From NCBI GenBank assembly GCA_964016885.1, contig OZ024741.1:104346001-104410000 (forward strand): a DNA stretch of 64,000 nt, read 5' to 3'. A program made the translations under genes and the position numbers. The stretch comes from Eledone cirrhosa (taxonomy: Eukaryota). Of the stretch, positions 1-13,437 are shown piece by piece. Every line of letters begins with the position of its first letter. Position 1 is the stretch's first letter. The notes under the pieces were generated by a model that made no database searches, was not told the DNA's origin, and saw only the letters and a program-made list of their open reading frames with translations.

Positions 1-514
1 CGACGTCGTACACACACAACCTTCACTGCACATTTTGTTTATTTTCTTTCATTAACTTATCCTCCCTTCCTTCCTCCTATCAATCCATTCATTATCTCTT
101 CTTTGCCATCTTCCCCTCTCTCTTTCCTTTCATTTTCCTCGTTGTATTCATCCTCTCTCTCATTTCTACTGCTACACTTATAACTTCCATCTTTCTCTCG
201 TTCACTTTAACTCTTTCCTACAATTCCCTTTTTTTCTTTATTTTGTATATCTCTCTCTTTATCTTTTTCCTTTCTCTCTCTACCTACCTACCCACCTATT
301 TACCTACCAACATACCTAACTCTATCAGTCTATCCAACTATATACCTATCTAATTGTCTCTCTTTCTACCTTCCTATCTATTGTATTGTCCCTTTCTTGT
401 TGCGCCCTTGTGGCTAACAAAGAAATCTATCTATCCATTCATCAACCTAACTACATGTTTATCTATATATCTTCCCCGTCCTCTCTCTCATCGACTCCAG
501 TAATCAGTTATAAC

Positions 515-593
515 GCCGTCTCTGATTGGTCAACAGAGCAGAGAGCACCGACCAAACGCTCACATTTCAATATTGTCTGCTCTGCCTCTCAAG
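515..593 (+). promoter_or_regulatory. Putative proximal promoter/5' UTR with an inverted CCAAT box
   Basis: ctgATTGGtc at about 522-531, ~65 nt upstream of the ATG, after a long pyrimidine-rich tract. Confidence 0.35.
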
Positions 594-650
594 ATGGCTG
601 ATCTAGTTGGCCTCACACCTTCTGTTCTTGCCGGCTTTGACAACTACAAG
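594..650 (+). CDS. SELENOI: EPT1/SELENOI-like ethanolaminephosphotransferase, coding exon 1 (MADLVGLTPSVLAGFDNYK)
   Basis: ATG in good context (aagATGg); translation ends LAGFDNYK, matching the family N-terminus (LAGFDKYK); followed by a gtaac donor, phase 0. Confidence 0.9.
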
Positions 651-2774
651 GTAACTTTTACATTGCTTTTTTTTCTATACTTACAAACATACTCAATACT
701 TTTATCTAAGCACACTATAGACACGCTGGATAATTAAGTGAAACCACGTTACAAAAATACACATTTGACTTTCACTCTCCGTTTATTATGTTTCGCTTCT
801 CTTTCAACATTTTTATCGCTCTCTCTCTCTATATATATCTTTATTTATATATAATATAATATATATATTTCACGCTAAATACAGTATAACTATATGTTGC
901 AAATAGAATAATATTTACGTAAATACCATAGATGTGGGGCAGGCGAATGTTCGACTAATGTCCGAGCTTCCCATCTCTTGTCTTTCTCCCCTGTATTATA
1001 AAACAATTATTTATATCTGCATCTCCTTCAAGTAAATATGAACAGTGAATGGTATTTGAGATGTATGTTATGTAATTTTCTTTTTTTATGTTTCGTGCGA
1101 CGAAACACACAAAATCTAAATAATGATTGGTTTCGGTCGTTCTAAAAAGGTTTCTTTTCCCTCTTTAGCACCATTATGGTAGTTGTTTAGAAAATTCTCG
1201 ATTGTCTTGACCCTTTAAAGGAATTCTTCGAATATGTCCATCTTGGATAAAGTGAAAGCCAACTGTTGCAGTTCCGACTTTTATTTACAATGTAACTAAC
1301 CCTAATTTGATATTCGGTTCCACTTACTCCACTGTACTAGTTAGTACATTTACATAGATATCTTGTTTTGAGAAAAGCATGAAATTATTTTACAACACTT
1401 CATTTCTCTCCCTCATTCCTTTATCGTACATATCTGACCATTGGGTGGGTGTTGTGAACATGGGAGTTCTGCAGTTAATACTTAGTTTCTGATAGTTTCA
1501 AACCCTCCTACTCTGCGTTCGAATTTCACAGGAGTCGAGTCGTGTTCGCATTTTATTTCGGTCAGAATCACCAGTAATAAGTAGCGGTGATATATTTATA
1601 TATCACTACGGTGCTAAGCCCAGGAGACCACTCATCAAAGTAGTACTCGATGCATAATGGGATGCAGAGTTTGTATATTTATTCCTGAAGACGCTTCTCT
1701 GAGTGAAGTCACTGGCAGAAACCATAGGCGCTCGCGGTTGAATATTTTCTTATAATTCAGTTCGCTTTCAAAATTAAGGTTATTTTATTTCCTAGTTGAA
1801 ACATTCATTTTTTACATTCCTCTGATATGAGCTGACGAAGGAGCATGAATGTTCGGCCGCTTCATGTGCTATAAATAAGCTTTCAAATGTCTTGAATACT
1901 CTACCATATCAGTGAACCTGTTCAGTCAGAGCTAACTCAATGTTACTCAATAAATACAAATCTTTTTGTGTGTCTATATATATATACAAAGACCAAGATC
2001 CAAAGAGGACTCGGTAAGGGTTGTATATAAATATATAAACCCGTTAAGCAAATATTTATTAGTACAGATTAAAAGTTTAAGCAATATCTGTTTTCACTCT
2101 AAGCGGGATCATCTGAAATTGATTAGACAGTTTGTGAACACACACACACAGTAATAATAAAAAAATCGACATGGCTGCTCTTAAAATGCACTACATTTGC
2201 GCACATAACAGCACCAATGATAGACCCGGACTATGCACCTCCATACCCCTGCATACCGGACTACTTGCCTGCTCACCTCACTCATCCTGATAAGACCTTT
2301 TTTTTCTGTCTCAATTCTTTTTTCCAAACTTGCTCTTTCCTGGTGCACTAATGTCTGATACATTGAAATATTCTTCCTTTTCCAACATGCGTGATACTAA
2401 TAAGACCTTGTGTTATTGTATGTATTCGTCTTATCTTGAACTGTGTGTGTGTGAAGATTAGGAAATTTTAAAATATAGTCACCACAATACAGATAACTAT
2501 AGTAATAGTTGAATAAGTTGGAGATGGAAAAAATAGATCTAGAGCATTACCTGCAAACTTATAAAGGATGAACTGTGATTAACTATATCCATTCATTGCA
2601 GACTTAATATATAACTGTGCAGCTGAAACGTTTCCCAAAAGGTCTTGTAGTATGATCTGGACTCCAAAGATAGTTTTTCCCTTAGGTCTGCCAGTTTATT
2701 TTTCAATAAATAATAATCTAACAAATCATGGGTTGTTTTCTACTTTATCATTTATATAGTTTAACTAAAGCTAT

Positions 2775-3340
2775 AATTGGTGAACCTGAGAAGAAAAGAA
2801 CATGTTATCATGACAAGTGAAAGTGCCATTGCACTAAAGCTGCCCAATTCTGGCCAAAAAGAGCTGAAATATAGTTCACACAAGCTGAGGCCCAGTTTAA
2901 GATAAAAGGCATCACTACGGATCCAACCAAATACTCATATGTGACAGCAGTGCAAGATGAAGAAACTACAAGAGTGTTAGACATTTTAGTCAATTCATCA
3001 GCTGATAATAAATATGAAACATTGAAAAACAGACTCATTGAAACATTCAGGTTGAATGAACATGAAGCAGCAGCCAGAATAATAGATACCAATGGGTTGG
3101 GCAATTCTAAGCCTTCCAAACTTATGGACAGAATGCTAGCTGTAGTACTCCCTGGTGAGACACCGGTCTTTAGTTCAAGGAGATATTTGTGTCAATTGAC
3201 CCCCCATCCTAATCCAGTCCTCTGTAACTCAGACTGAGCTCAAAGACCTACATGAGTTAGCAAAAGCATCAGACAAGCATTTTTTGTCTACAGGCATTGC
3301 AATGAACATCATCATGAGGTGAAGTCGAAGACATAGTGAG
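2775..3340 (+). mobile_element. Degenerate Gypsy-type LTR retrotransposon gag fragment
   Basis: Translates ALKLPQFWPKRAEI*FTQAEAQFKIKGITTDPTKYSYV ... YETLKNRLIETF ... KPSKLMDRML, a typical gag N-terminus; PBS-like attggtga just upstream. Confidence 0.7.
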
Positions 3341-3574
3341 GTTGCATAATTTGGAACAAAAGCTACCAAGTGCAAAGAACCATGCAACTTCAAAAGCTCT
3401 TCCTCATCAACTCTGGGAAACTCCAGGATTGGCTGCTGAATTAACACCCTGGTGGCCAGCAGACATGATCAAGTTCTGCCGAGTCAACCTTTGGCAGCCA
3501 CCAATGGTCCTACAATCAAAGCTTAAGGACACCGCACTCTCTCCCTCCACTTAAGCTCACAGGAATATGCATGG

Positions 3575-5185
3575 AGATTCATTGAAATCAAATGGTCTTA
3601 GTCAACGTTGCAAAGACTAAAGTCCTAGTAAGTAGAAAGGAAAACGGCCCAGATCCCTTAACCCTTTAGTATTTAAACCGGCCGTGTCCGCCCAGAATTC
3701 TCTCACCTCTTTTTGTTCAAACTGGCTGTAACTGGCCGCTCATATTGATGTTATGGTATTATTCTCAAAATAAATATCAAAATCTCGTAGATTCGATATT
3801 ATGAGATAATTGTGTAAAATAAAGCCTTTACCACAAAAATACAATATAGAGTAATGTAAATGCTAAAGGGTTATGGGAAATGGCCTTGATTAGTGTGCAG
3901 GAAAGGAGTGGGTAGAAATTCCATATGTCTTAAATGCAAACAATGGGTACACAACAGGTATAGTGAGATCTCAGGTATACTAGCAAAGAACGTGGGTTTT
4001 ATATGTAATCAATGCAGCAAGTGCTCACAGGAAACAAGCTCCTTTAAATGCTCAGAGGGTTCTGTAGTAGTTGATAGCTTCTGTTACCTGGTTGACCAAA
4101 TTAGCTCTGGAGATGGATGTTTTGAAAGTACAGTAACCAGAGTGGGAACGGATGGAAAAAAAAATTCAGAGAGCTCCTACCTCTGCTAGCTACAGAAGGT
4201 TTTTCTCTCAAAATGAAAGGCAGATTGTATGATGCATGTATATGAATAGCAATGTTGCACGGAAATGAGACCTGGGCACTGTGTGCTGAGGACCTACAAA
4301 AGTTGGAAAGAAATGAGGCTTGCACGTTTCAATGGATGTGTAATAGTGTGCATGAACGGTGAAGCATCAATGAACTAATGGATAAACTAGGTATAAGAGC
4401 TCAGATGCAATGTGCAGAAGAGATTGTGGTGGTATAGACATGTGATGCATATGAAAGAAGACAGCTGTATAAAAATGTGTAAGGTGCTCAAAGTTGATGG
4501 AAGAGGAAGACCTAGGAAAACTTGGGGTGAAGTGATAACTGCTGGCCATGCCCAATTAAACCTCACAAAGGAGATGATGCAGGGTTGAGATCTCTGGTGT
4601 CATGCTGTACTGCAGAAACCCACCTCCCTATGTGCACTGAATGAAACAAACATGTAGAAGTCACTAGTATGCATCAATCTTCTTTTCATCTCTCCCCATT
4701 CACCCTTCTCAGTCTTAATATCCCACTCTCACCAGCTAAATATCCCTAAATGTCAAAGCTTTCTTTCTTGTTTCCCTACCTTCCTAAACCCTCACTCCAG
4801 ATACACCTCTTCTCCTCAACCCACGCATACAAGCATGAAAGCTGGACATGTGCTATATCTGATCTCCCATAATACTGTTGTCACGACAAAAAGCACTGTC
4901 CACCCTGAATGCTGATCTGGTGCCACAAAAACAAAAGCACCCAGTCCACCCTGTAAGGTGGTTGTGTTGGTGACACAATAAAAAGCACCAGTTCACCCTG
5001 TTAGAGGTTTGTTTAGGTGCCTAGTCCACACTAATATGGTTGGCATTAGGAAGAGCATCCAACTGTAGAAACCAAGCCAAAATACACTTCTGTATGAGCA
5101 AGACATGGGTTACCTGACTTGTCTCATAATGTGACAACTCGTCTAACCCATGCAAGTGTGGAAAAATAGATGTCAAATGATGAGG
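3575..5185 (+). mobile_element. 5'-truncated, decayed RTE LINE (long-3'UTR type), interrupted by a MITE
   Basis: AKTKVLV, PHD remnants, DSFCYL, GRLYDAC..AMLHGNETW, GRPRKTW; 3' UTR ending aaatgatga. Confidence 0.9.
3662..3870. mobile_element. piggyBac-like MITE (copy 1)
   Basis: TTAA|ccctttag...ctaaaggg|TTAT terminal inverted repeats; homologous to 38950-39154 and 40418-40635. Confidence 0.8.
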
Positions 5186-7236
5186 GTGATATATATACAC
5201 ATATACTGTAATGTAAAATAGAAATAATACTTTGAAACAAAGAGAAAGTTAATGAGGCAGTGAATTTGCAAGTTTGTGTTAGTGTCAGATAGAATGAATG
5301 TTTTGTGTTTATTCCAAGTTTCTGCACTCTTAGTTGAAATCAACTTTGCTTCTCATCCTTCTAGGGTTGTCAAAATACCAGTCAACCTAGAAGACCATTC
5401 ACTTTGGTAACACTAGCAACACTTTGAAAAGTAGAATTTGAACTCACTTTCTTGCGTTACTGAACTAAACAGTGGGGGAAGCACCATACTACCACCACTA
5501 CCAACAGACATAAATAACTTTAAACATTTAACACAACACTCCAGCACTAGCAGTTTTGTCTCACATTTAATCAGATCAATTCTTGTACCATGTAATTTTC
5601 ATTTAAAATTGATAAAACACAATCATTTTTCTTTTTTTTTTTTTCATGTTGGATCAAACCAAATTATTTTCTGCTACTAGTTTTTAAAATGTTTGCATAC
5701 ATTTGCCAACTTTGGTTGCAAAATTTGTTATTGTCTTTGTAAGGGCGATAATCTAGCCACTGGAGAAGTATCTTCTTCACAATCATTCCAAAATGAAGAG
5801 GTTTTTATTACTTCTATACAATCAAAGCTGATATGTCAATTTGTAGTGAATGTACATGATTCAGCAATTTTGTTATCTATTGATAAATACCAGATCAACC
5901 AACCTTGGAGAGCAAGGTGTGACCTCTCCATTTTCCTCTCTTCTAAAGGACATGGCTACAATTAGATTAGGAAGTATAAATGTGCCCAGTCTGGGATCGG
6001 CTAGGAAGCAAAGTTATTTGCTCAATCATCTTGGATCACTAGACATAGATGTGGTAGCATCAGTGAGATTAGAATTTCGAGAACATGTGCTTTTACACCA
6101 ATTCTTGACTATGAGGTGTATTCAACTTGATGCCTGTTGGGATTGGGTGGCAGTGTAGCAGTGCTATTTCAGAAAGGTTTGGGTCTCAAGGTATGGATGA
6201 TTTTTCTGGACCTAGGTGGTAAATCAGTGGAGTTTGATGTTAGTGGCAGCACTTTCAGACTAGTAGCCATTTTTGCCCTGACCAGGGCAGGACAGCCAGA
6301 CTTTTTTAGGAATCTTGAAGCTTTCTTGGGAATACCTAGGTCTCTAAGCACTAGTTGGGGATGGAATTAAATTTTAGATGCATGTTAGGTTGTGTGGGGT
6401 TGGTACATAGAAGGGAATATAATAACCTCACATGCCTGATCAGACATTTCCAACTGTCAGACAGGCACCGGCTAAATTTCCCTTATGTGCCAGTGTGGAC
6501 ATGGAGTAACCACAGTGGGTATCCAGATTGTTTTTGTTAGTTTATAAGGATAATGTAGGGTGTCCAGAATTTCAACTGGTCAGATATGCTGACTATAAAT
6601 TTGTGATAGGTCACAGGGAATGGGGTCCCATTTCTGGAAGCTGAATGCGTCTTTCCTGGTGCATAAAGAAGATGGAAACTGAATTAGTGAAGAGACAATT
6701 AATGGGAGCAATCATCAGCAACTGGAGATGTGGCACTCTGAAGAGAGCAATCAGAGTAAAGTTAAGGTTTGGTAAAGAAGCAGGGTTAGTGAAAAATAAA
6801 CTAGAGGTAGTCCTAGTAAGTAAATTAGAAGAGGCAGTGAGAATGGAGCATGGCCATTTCTTCAATGCAAAACAGGCTGCATTGTCAGAGCTAAGGTATG
6901 TGCTCTAAAACATGAAGGAACGAACGATGTTCAATGGGTTTAAGTGGCAGAGGTGAGACATGGCAATAAAGCCATAATTTAGTCTTTGATGGACTTAAGC
7001 AGGTATGAGCTGCTTGACTACATGCAGATGAGTGCAACATTTTGCTCAATTGTTCGGGTCAAGCAATGGGTTAGAGACTGGTGGGCGTTAGGGGGGCACT
7101 GGAAGGCTCTTTACTTTGGTAAGTTTTATAAGCCATATTTGTATGTCTTTGAGACAGCCAGTGTGAATGCATTTGAATGAGCATGCAGACAGCATAACTA
7201 TGGTTTGACCGAGGCTGTGAGCAGGCGTGTCTAGAC

Positions 7237-8782
7237 ATTAACCGGCAATTGAGATCCTAACAATGGAAAAACCCACAGTCAACTGGGTCAAGGACACTTT
7301 GAGCGCAGCCAGTTAGAATCTTGTCTTTCCTTCACCGATAACAATGTATTTCATGTCTGAAATTATTGACTCAACCGTAACGAGTTAAGACTATGTAGAT
7401 CTATTTTATTCCCTATTGTATAAATAATATTACAAATAAAAAAACACAGAAGCGGGTAGCACACACATCTAGGACCACATACAACACATAAGCAGGTAAT
7501 ACATACATCTAGGACTACCTACAACACACAGGCAGGTAATACATACATCTAGGACCAAATACAATGCACATAGTATCATATGCTACGGACGACGCAAGAG
7601 TAATGGTCGGCCAACATAAGGGTTTCGTCTCTCTTCTGAAGAGAGAAAATCTATCTGTATTTGTTCATTGTGTCATTCATCGACAACACTTGGCTGCGAA
7701 GAAACTCAGCAAGCCGCTGAGCAAGTCCTTGTAGGTGGCCATTGATGTCATCAATTTTATCAAACGGCAATCCCTGAATGAACGAATTTTCCGGCAACCG
7801 TGCCAAGATAATGACGAAGAATTCGTCAAGTTGCTCCTTCATAATGAAGTGAGGTGGCTTTCAAAGGGCAAGTGCCTTACTCACTTCTTTGAACTGTTCG
7901 ACTCTATCATTGAGTTTCTGTGAGGATGCAACACAGAACTATACAAGAAAACCCTCGATGTGAGGCAAAACTGCACCTACCTCACTGACATCTTCGACAA
8001 ATGCAATAGCGTCATTTTGGCTTTGCAGGGGAAGAAGATCACCTTGCTTAAAGCAAGGAATGCTGTGAAAACATTCCTGGCCTAATTGAATGTCATTGAA
8101 AGGAATCTTTGTTGACGGGAATTCTATAATTTTCCTAGTGTCACCAATGTTCAAAACATTGTAAGCGATGACCAACTCCAAATTTATACCGCTCACCTCC
8201 GTGCGCTACAAGATAACACGAGAGAACGGTTTGTCGACCTTTTGCCGATGGACATCCCAATGTGTGTAGCAGATCCCTTCATAGCTAACGTCGATGATTT
8301 GGACGTTATATTTCAGGAAGAATTCATTGAACTTCAAGCAGATGACATGATCAAAATTAGATTTCCCAAAATAGGTGAACCCTTTTTTTGGATGCAAGAG
8401 GAAATTCAGTGTCGATTTCCACACTTACATGTAGAGGCTAAGATTTGCTCTGCCTTTTCCAAGCTCATACTTAGTCAAGAGGAGGTTTGGTGCTGTTTCC
8501 AGACTGCACAGTAAGGCTCGCAACCGCTACAATGTAATTACATGTGGAGATCTCCGGCTACATCTTACGAAAATCCAGCCTGACGTCAAAGAGTTAGCTA
8601 GACTCCATAAAGTTCAAGGGTCCCATTGAAATGAGGTCAAAGTTAAAGTAAGTTGATTTATCCGAAAACTTGGATATGCTATTGTTACAAAGCAAACTAA
8701 CAATTTTTTTTATTTGTAGTTGCGTTTCGTGATTTCGAGGGACAAAAGGGGGCTTTTGGCCTAAATGGGTTGAGAACCTGTG
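7237..8782 (+). mobile_element. hAT (Charlie/Buster-like) DNA transposon remnant, pseudogenised transposase
   Basis: IHCVIHRQHLAAK, LLLHNEVRWLSKGKCL, PFPSSYL, GDLRLHLTKIQPD; Charlie-type right end ggttgagaacctgtg followed by gtctagct; left TIR not evident. Confidence 0.85.
7444..7572. repeat. Tandem repeat, ~41-bp unit x3 (gcaggtaatacatacatctaggac..)
   Basis: Three visible copies of acatctaggac at regular spacing. Confidence 0.8.
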
Positions 8783-9918
8783 GTCTAGCTTATGAGTTGT
8801 ATGAGTATATGCCAGACTTATTCATTGACATCTTAGTAGATGCCTTCTGCAACTAGCAGCAGACTGGGAGAATTCCTAGTTTTGTGAGCCAGGAAGCAGT
8901 AGTGTTGTAACTTTTCTGAATACAATGTTTAAAATTTTGGCCAAGATATTAAGAGAGGTTGGCACTTGTCATTAAGAGTTTGGCTGGAGAAGCATAAACA
9001 TGCATGATTCCAAATAGATTTATCCTTGACAACCTTTCCCTTATGTGATACATCATAGAGAAGGTAGGAGTAAACTTGGCTTTGGTGGGGCTCTAATCAA
9101 GTTTGATCAATCAAAGGCTCTCTGGGTCATATATTTTCCAAGTGGTTGGCCCTTGTCTGCGAGAACATATGTATAAATGTTGATTAGATAACATTAAAGT
9201 CAGTTTGCAGCAGTTCAATCTGAACATTGGACTGGTACAGAATCAACATGAATGACAAAAGAAGATATGATGATAATGTGTTGATTTTGATTTCAACCAA
9301 TCTTTGTATACAATTGGATTGGCAGGTCACTAGGACATCCTGAACATCTTTGATCATGTGTCTACATTTGTGCTGAAGAAGGGTTGATCTGGGGCTAAAC
9401 ACCATGAAGTAAATATCAGATTTTAATATTTCATCCAAATCTGCATTATTCAATATGACTATCTACAACAGCAACATTGGACAGCAATTGAACTAATCTT
9501 TACATTCTATTGATTTATATAACTGAACATATTTCACTGTTTTCCCTATATATAACATCAATTTAGCTCACATTTTGATACCAAACTGCTGAAAACTGCC
9601 TTTTGCTCTATGATACTAAAGTGTTTATATTTGTCTAAAAATCTTCCATCATAATTTTGTCAGAATCCTTGTTATATTACTAAATCACTCCAAATTCATT
9701 ATTGTTTGCAAGATAATTTAAAAATCATAGTATATTTCATTAGAAATATGGTAATGAAAGGATTAACGTGTATAACTGAAAATATTTCACTATTCCTACC
9801 CTCGCAGGTAAGGTCACTCTGTCTCACTATTAAAGAATTAACAATTAATAGGCTTATTGCAGTTTATTGCCTATTGTACAACCTGGTGATTATCTGAGAT
9901 TAGATACAACTGTGACAT

Positions 9919-9972
<54 letters not shown>

Positions 9973-11372
9973 TTTTCAAGATTCTTGATGTGAAATCGTG
10001 TGTTGAAACAAATATTGATATATTTGGGGATGGTATTTTGCCAATAAAAACATGTGCACTATCGATTTTCGCTTAAGCTTTATTACTAGTTTATCGAAGC
10101 TCTTTTGTTTCACGTTCTGTGGCCTCCTCAATTACATTTGTTTTTCTCTGTTAAACAACACCACTTTGGCCTTGGGTGGTAGACTTAATCCATCACTCAG
10201 TTAAACACCATCTTGTCCTTGGATGCATTTCTTGGAATCAACTCTGTTGCAAGCATTTGGCCGAGGTCTCTGATTTGAGGATGGTTCCCTCCTCACCAGT
10301 TAGAGGCCCTGGAAAAAGTAATGGAGATTGCCATTCCCCCACTGACTAATAATAAAAAAAATCATATCTAGGACTGTATTATACATTGTCCTTTTTTTTA
10401 AGATAGAGTATTTGAGGGTGGTTTAGCTGTTATTTCTAGCAGGACAACCAAAGTTCTTATGATTTGAGGCTCTTTTGTTGACCAGTGTACATCATCATGA
10501 TCATTTTCACCATAATTATCTGTGATCATCATCATCAGTCATCATAATCATTACATGCTGGCACATATTTGACAATTGTACATGATTAGGGAAAGGAATG
10601 TTTCTATTGTTGTCACTTATATATCTTGGAATGTGTAGAAATTTGATAGTGGTGGTAGTCCTGCTGGTAGCAGGGAGGTGTTGGTTGTAACAGCTTTGTT
10701 GTTGTTTTAGACCTTACTCTCTTCATATCAATCTAGGTGAGCAATTTTGAACTTTTTTCAGTCCATGGCACACTAAGATGCTAAAACAATTGTGACACCA
10801 ACTTTTAGGATAATTTTATTCTTTCCTCTGATTTTATTCATAAGACTGTGCCCATGCCAGAAGACTACCTTAAAGGGATTTAGTTGATCATATTGACCCC
10901 AATACATTATTTTTTCAAATGTGGTACTTATTTTATCAATCTTTTTTACACTCACATGTACATACATAAGCCCCCTCCCCCAACAAAAAATAAAACTCAG
11001 ACATTCACACACACACATACCTCTGTGCACACTTCAAATTTACAAGACTCTGAGACACCCATGTGGCCACACACAGACTGAAGCCATGCACATCTACCAA
11101 TTTGACACACACACAACCACATCCTTGCCCCCCCCCCCCCCCGACGACCTTCCACCCACCTCCCCTTACCATTCTCCTCCAACCCCCCTTTTTTTTCTAA
11201 ACTTCCTTTCCTAACCATCTCACACTACCCATACATCTATCTGTTCTCTCCATATCCGAACTTTCCTGAAGGACTTAAATGTTGAAACCTCCTCCACTTT
11301 TTTCAAGCGTGAGCCTAATATAATTGTGTGATTTTGCTTTCTGTGTTTTGTTTGTTTCATTTATTAATTATA

Positions 11373-11870
11373 CTAGCAGAAAAACCACCCTTCGGGTGGT
11401 TTTCTGCTAGCATGTGTAGTGTGTATATTGATATACGCAAATATATATACATGTAGATATGATACATCAAATAAAATCGTAAATAGAAATTGAACGAAGA
11501 CGTTGTTACACTGTCTTATGTAATCAGTAATGTAGTCCATGATACATTAAAAAAAGACGATATTATATATAAACTTCATTAGGAGAAAATTAGTATATTT
11601 ATTTAAGTGATTGCGACTGGAAGTGTTGACATCACACACTCTCTCTTTCTATATATATGGTAGTTGAAGTGGTGGTGGTGGCAACAATATACCGGAAGTG
11701 CAACTTTGAAAAGAAGTCAATTTTAAATTATTTATTTTTACGAAATTTAGTAGATAAATTATGTAATATTCATTCATTATTTATTCAAAGTAATCCAATT
11801 TATTTTACTAACGAGATAAAAAAAAAACCATACGCAGTCCCGCAGACCTTCCTTTATTATAGTTTATATA
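11373..11870 (-). mobile_element. Putative non-autonomous Helitron-like element
   Basis: Begins with aCTAG plus a strong hairpin and runs to a (TA)n tract; no coding evidence. Confidence 0.4.
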
Positions 11871-12189
11871 TATATATATATATACACATACATACAATAA
11901 TGGAGTCAGTGTGCTTGAATCTTACATTATTTTATTGATTACTTTGTTGCCGTTATATATATTTCAGTAGTATCTATTACGTAATAGAAACGACCTCATC
12001 AGACAGCTATTGTGTAATCTTTTTCTCAACAAATATTTCCCAGACGGGTAGTCTACGGTAACTTTATTACTCTGGTGGATGGAGTTTGCTATTTGCTGGA
12101 TGCTTTCCCTGGTTTTCTTTTCTAATTCCTGACACCACACTCATGCTACCTATTGTACAACCTGTCAGGTCCCCAGATAGGTTGCATTT

Positions 12190-13330
12190 GTTGATTCTGC
12201 TGAGGTGTTCTGTGGAGCCAACATTCCCAGCAACTACAGACTCTCCAAATTCCTTTCCATGATTATACGCCCCATAATTGAAATGTCCCTACATGTATGT
12301 GACAGCACAGAAGACCTCTTCAGTAGAAACAAATTAATGCAACTTATCTGGGGACCTAAGAGGCTGTACAATAGGCAGTGTGGATGTGGTGCCCCTACTT
12401 ATCCATTGATATAGATTTTGTAGTAGAAAATATGTAGAGATGATTGAGGGCAAGGTAGAAATCTGTGGGATTGACACCAGTGGGCTTTCCAGACATACCA
12501 GAGTTTAATGTTCATCAATGTTACTCCCAGAGGCAAACTAACATACAAATTTAGAAGGGCTCTAGACAAATTAAAATAAAATGTTAAGACAGTAGAAAAA
12601 CTAGGTATTCCCGCAAAAGCCCTGATTAGCTTTTGAGAAAACCCCCTTCACTGATAGAAAATGTAGAGTCTGCAGATTAAGCCCACAGATTAACTGTATA
12701 TCTAGGAACTTAGTCTTGAGCATAAGATGCATGGATGGTCAATGTAGGAATAGGAACACAACATACATAGGTGAGATGGCACATAGCATAGGAGAAAGGA
12801 TAAAAGAACACTGACGAGAACTCCAAGATGAGACAAACTCATCAGTACTTCACCAACATGCCAGAATGGAACATGGGGGATCACTAGAGAACATTGAGGT
12901 ACAATTTATATTCACACACAGAACAGACGCAATGCTCCGACAGATTACTGAAGTGACAAACATAAATGAACTCCAACCCAAACTAAATAAAAAGCATGAG
13001 TGGTAAAGCAACAACTTTATAATTTTGTAACTAAGGACAATATAAAGACATATAGAGACACACAAAAACTAAACTAAACTAAACTAAGATAAGCCAGACA
13101 CACAGATAGTAACCAATTAGTGACATATAGGAAAGAGAATAAATGTATAAATAAACAAATAAATTAATTTAAAAAAACACACACACACCTGGATATATTG
13201 CATGTGCAGCCCAAGTACACAGCTCACAAAAACAAGATGGTGTAAGACAGAACAAAAGGGAGACACAAAATAGCTACAAAATTAGTCACTGAGGAGGTCA
13301 TAGAATGTGTCGAAAGAACTGATGACAATC
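12190..13330 (+). mobile_element. Penelope-like element remnant (RT fragments, GIY-YIG endonuclease, pseudo-LTR)
   Basis: NYRLSKFLSMIIRP, DSTEDL, YPSIDI (RT); TYIGEMAHSIGERIKEH and RQITE..INELQPKLNKKHEW (GIY-YIG C-terminal pattern). Confidence 0.7.
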
Positions 13331-13437
13331 AACAACTATTAAACTGACGGAAATTATAAATTGAATTTAAAACTAACAGGTGCATGTGTTTTATTGGCAG
13401 CATGACCCTCCCAAAATATAACAATATACACACATGT

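Larger units (their letters stand above)
5952..9180 (+). mobile_element. Decayed L1/Tx1-clade LINE ORF2 (APE endonuclease to start of RT), split by a hAT insertion
   Basis: MATIRLGSINV, FRLVAIFA, GPHFWKLNAS; resumes after 8782 with GLAYELY...LLNTMFKILAKIL. Confidence 0.75.

Noticed and set aside
1680-1885. Further hammerhead-like motifs (ctgaaga at ~1685; ctgacga plus hairpin at ~1832; also ~11266)
   Set aside because: GAAA core or stems missing or degenerate; at most decayed Penelope-type relics
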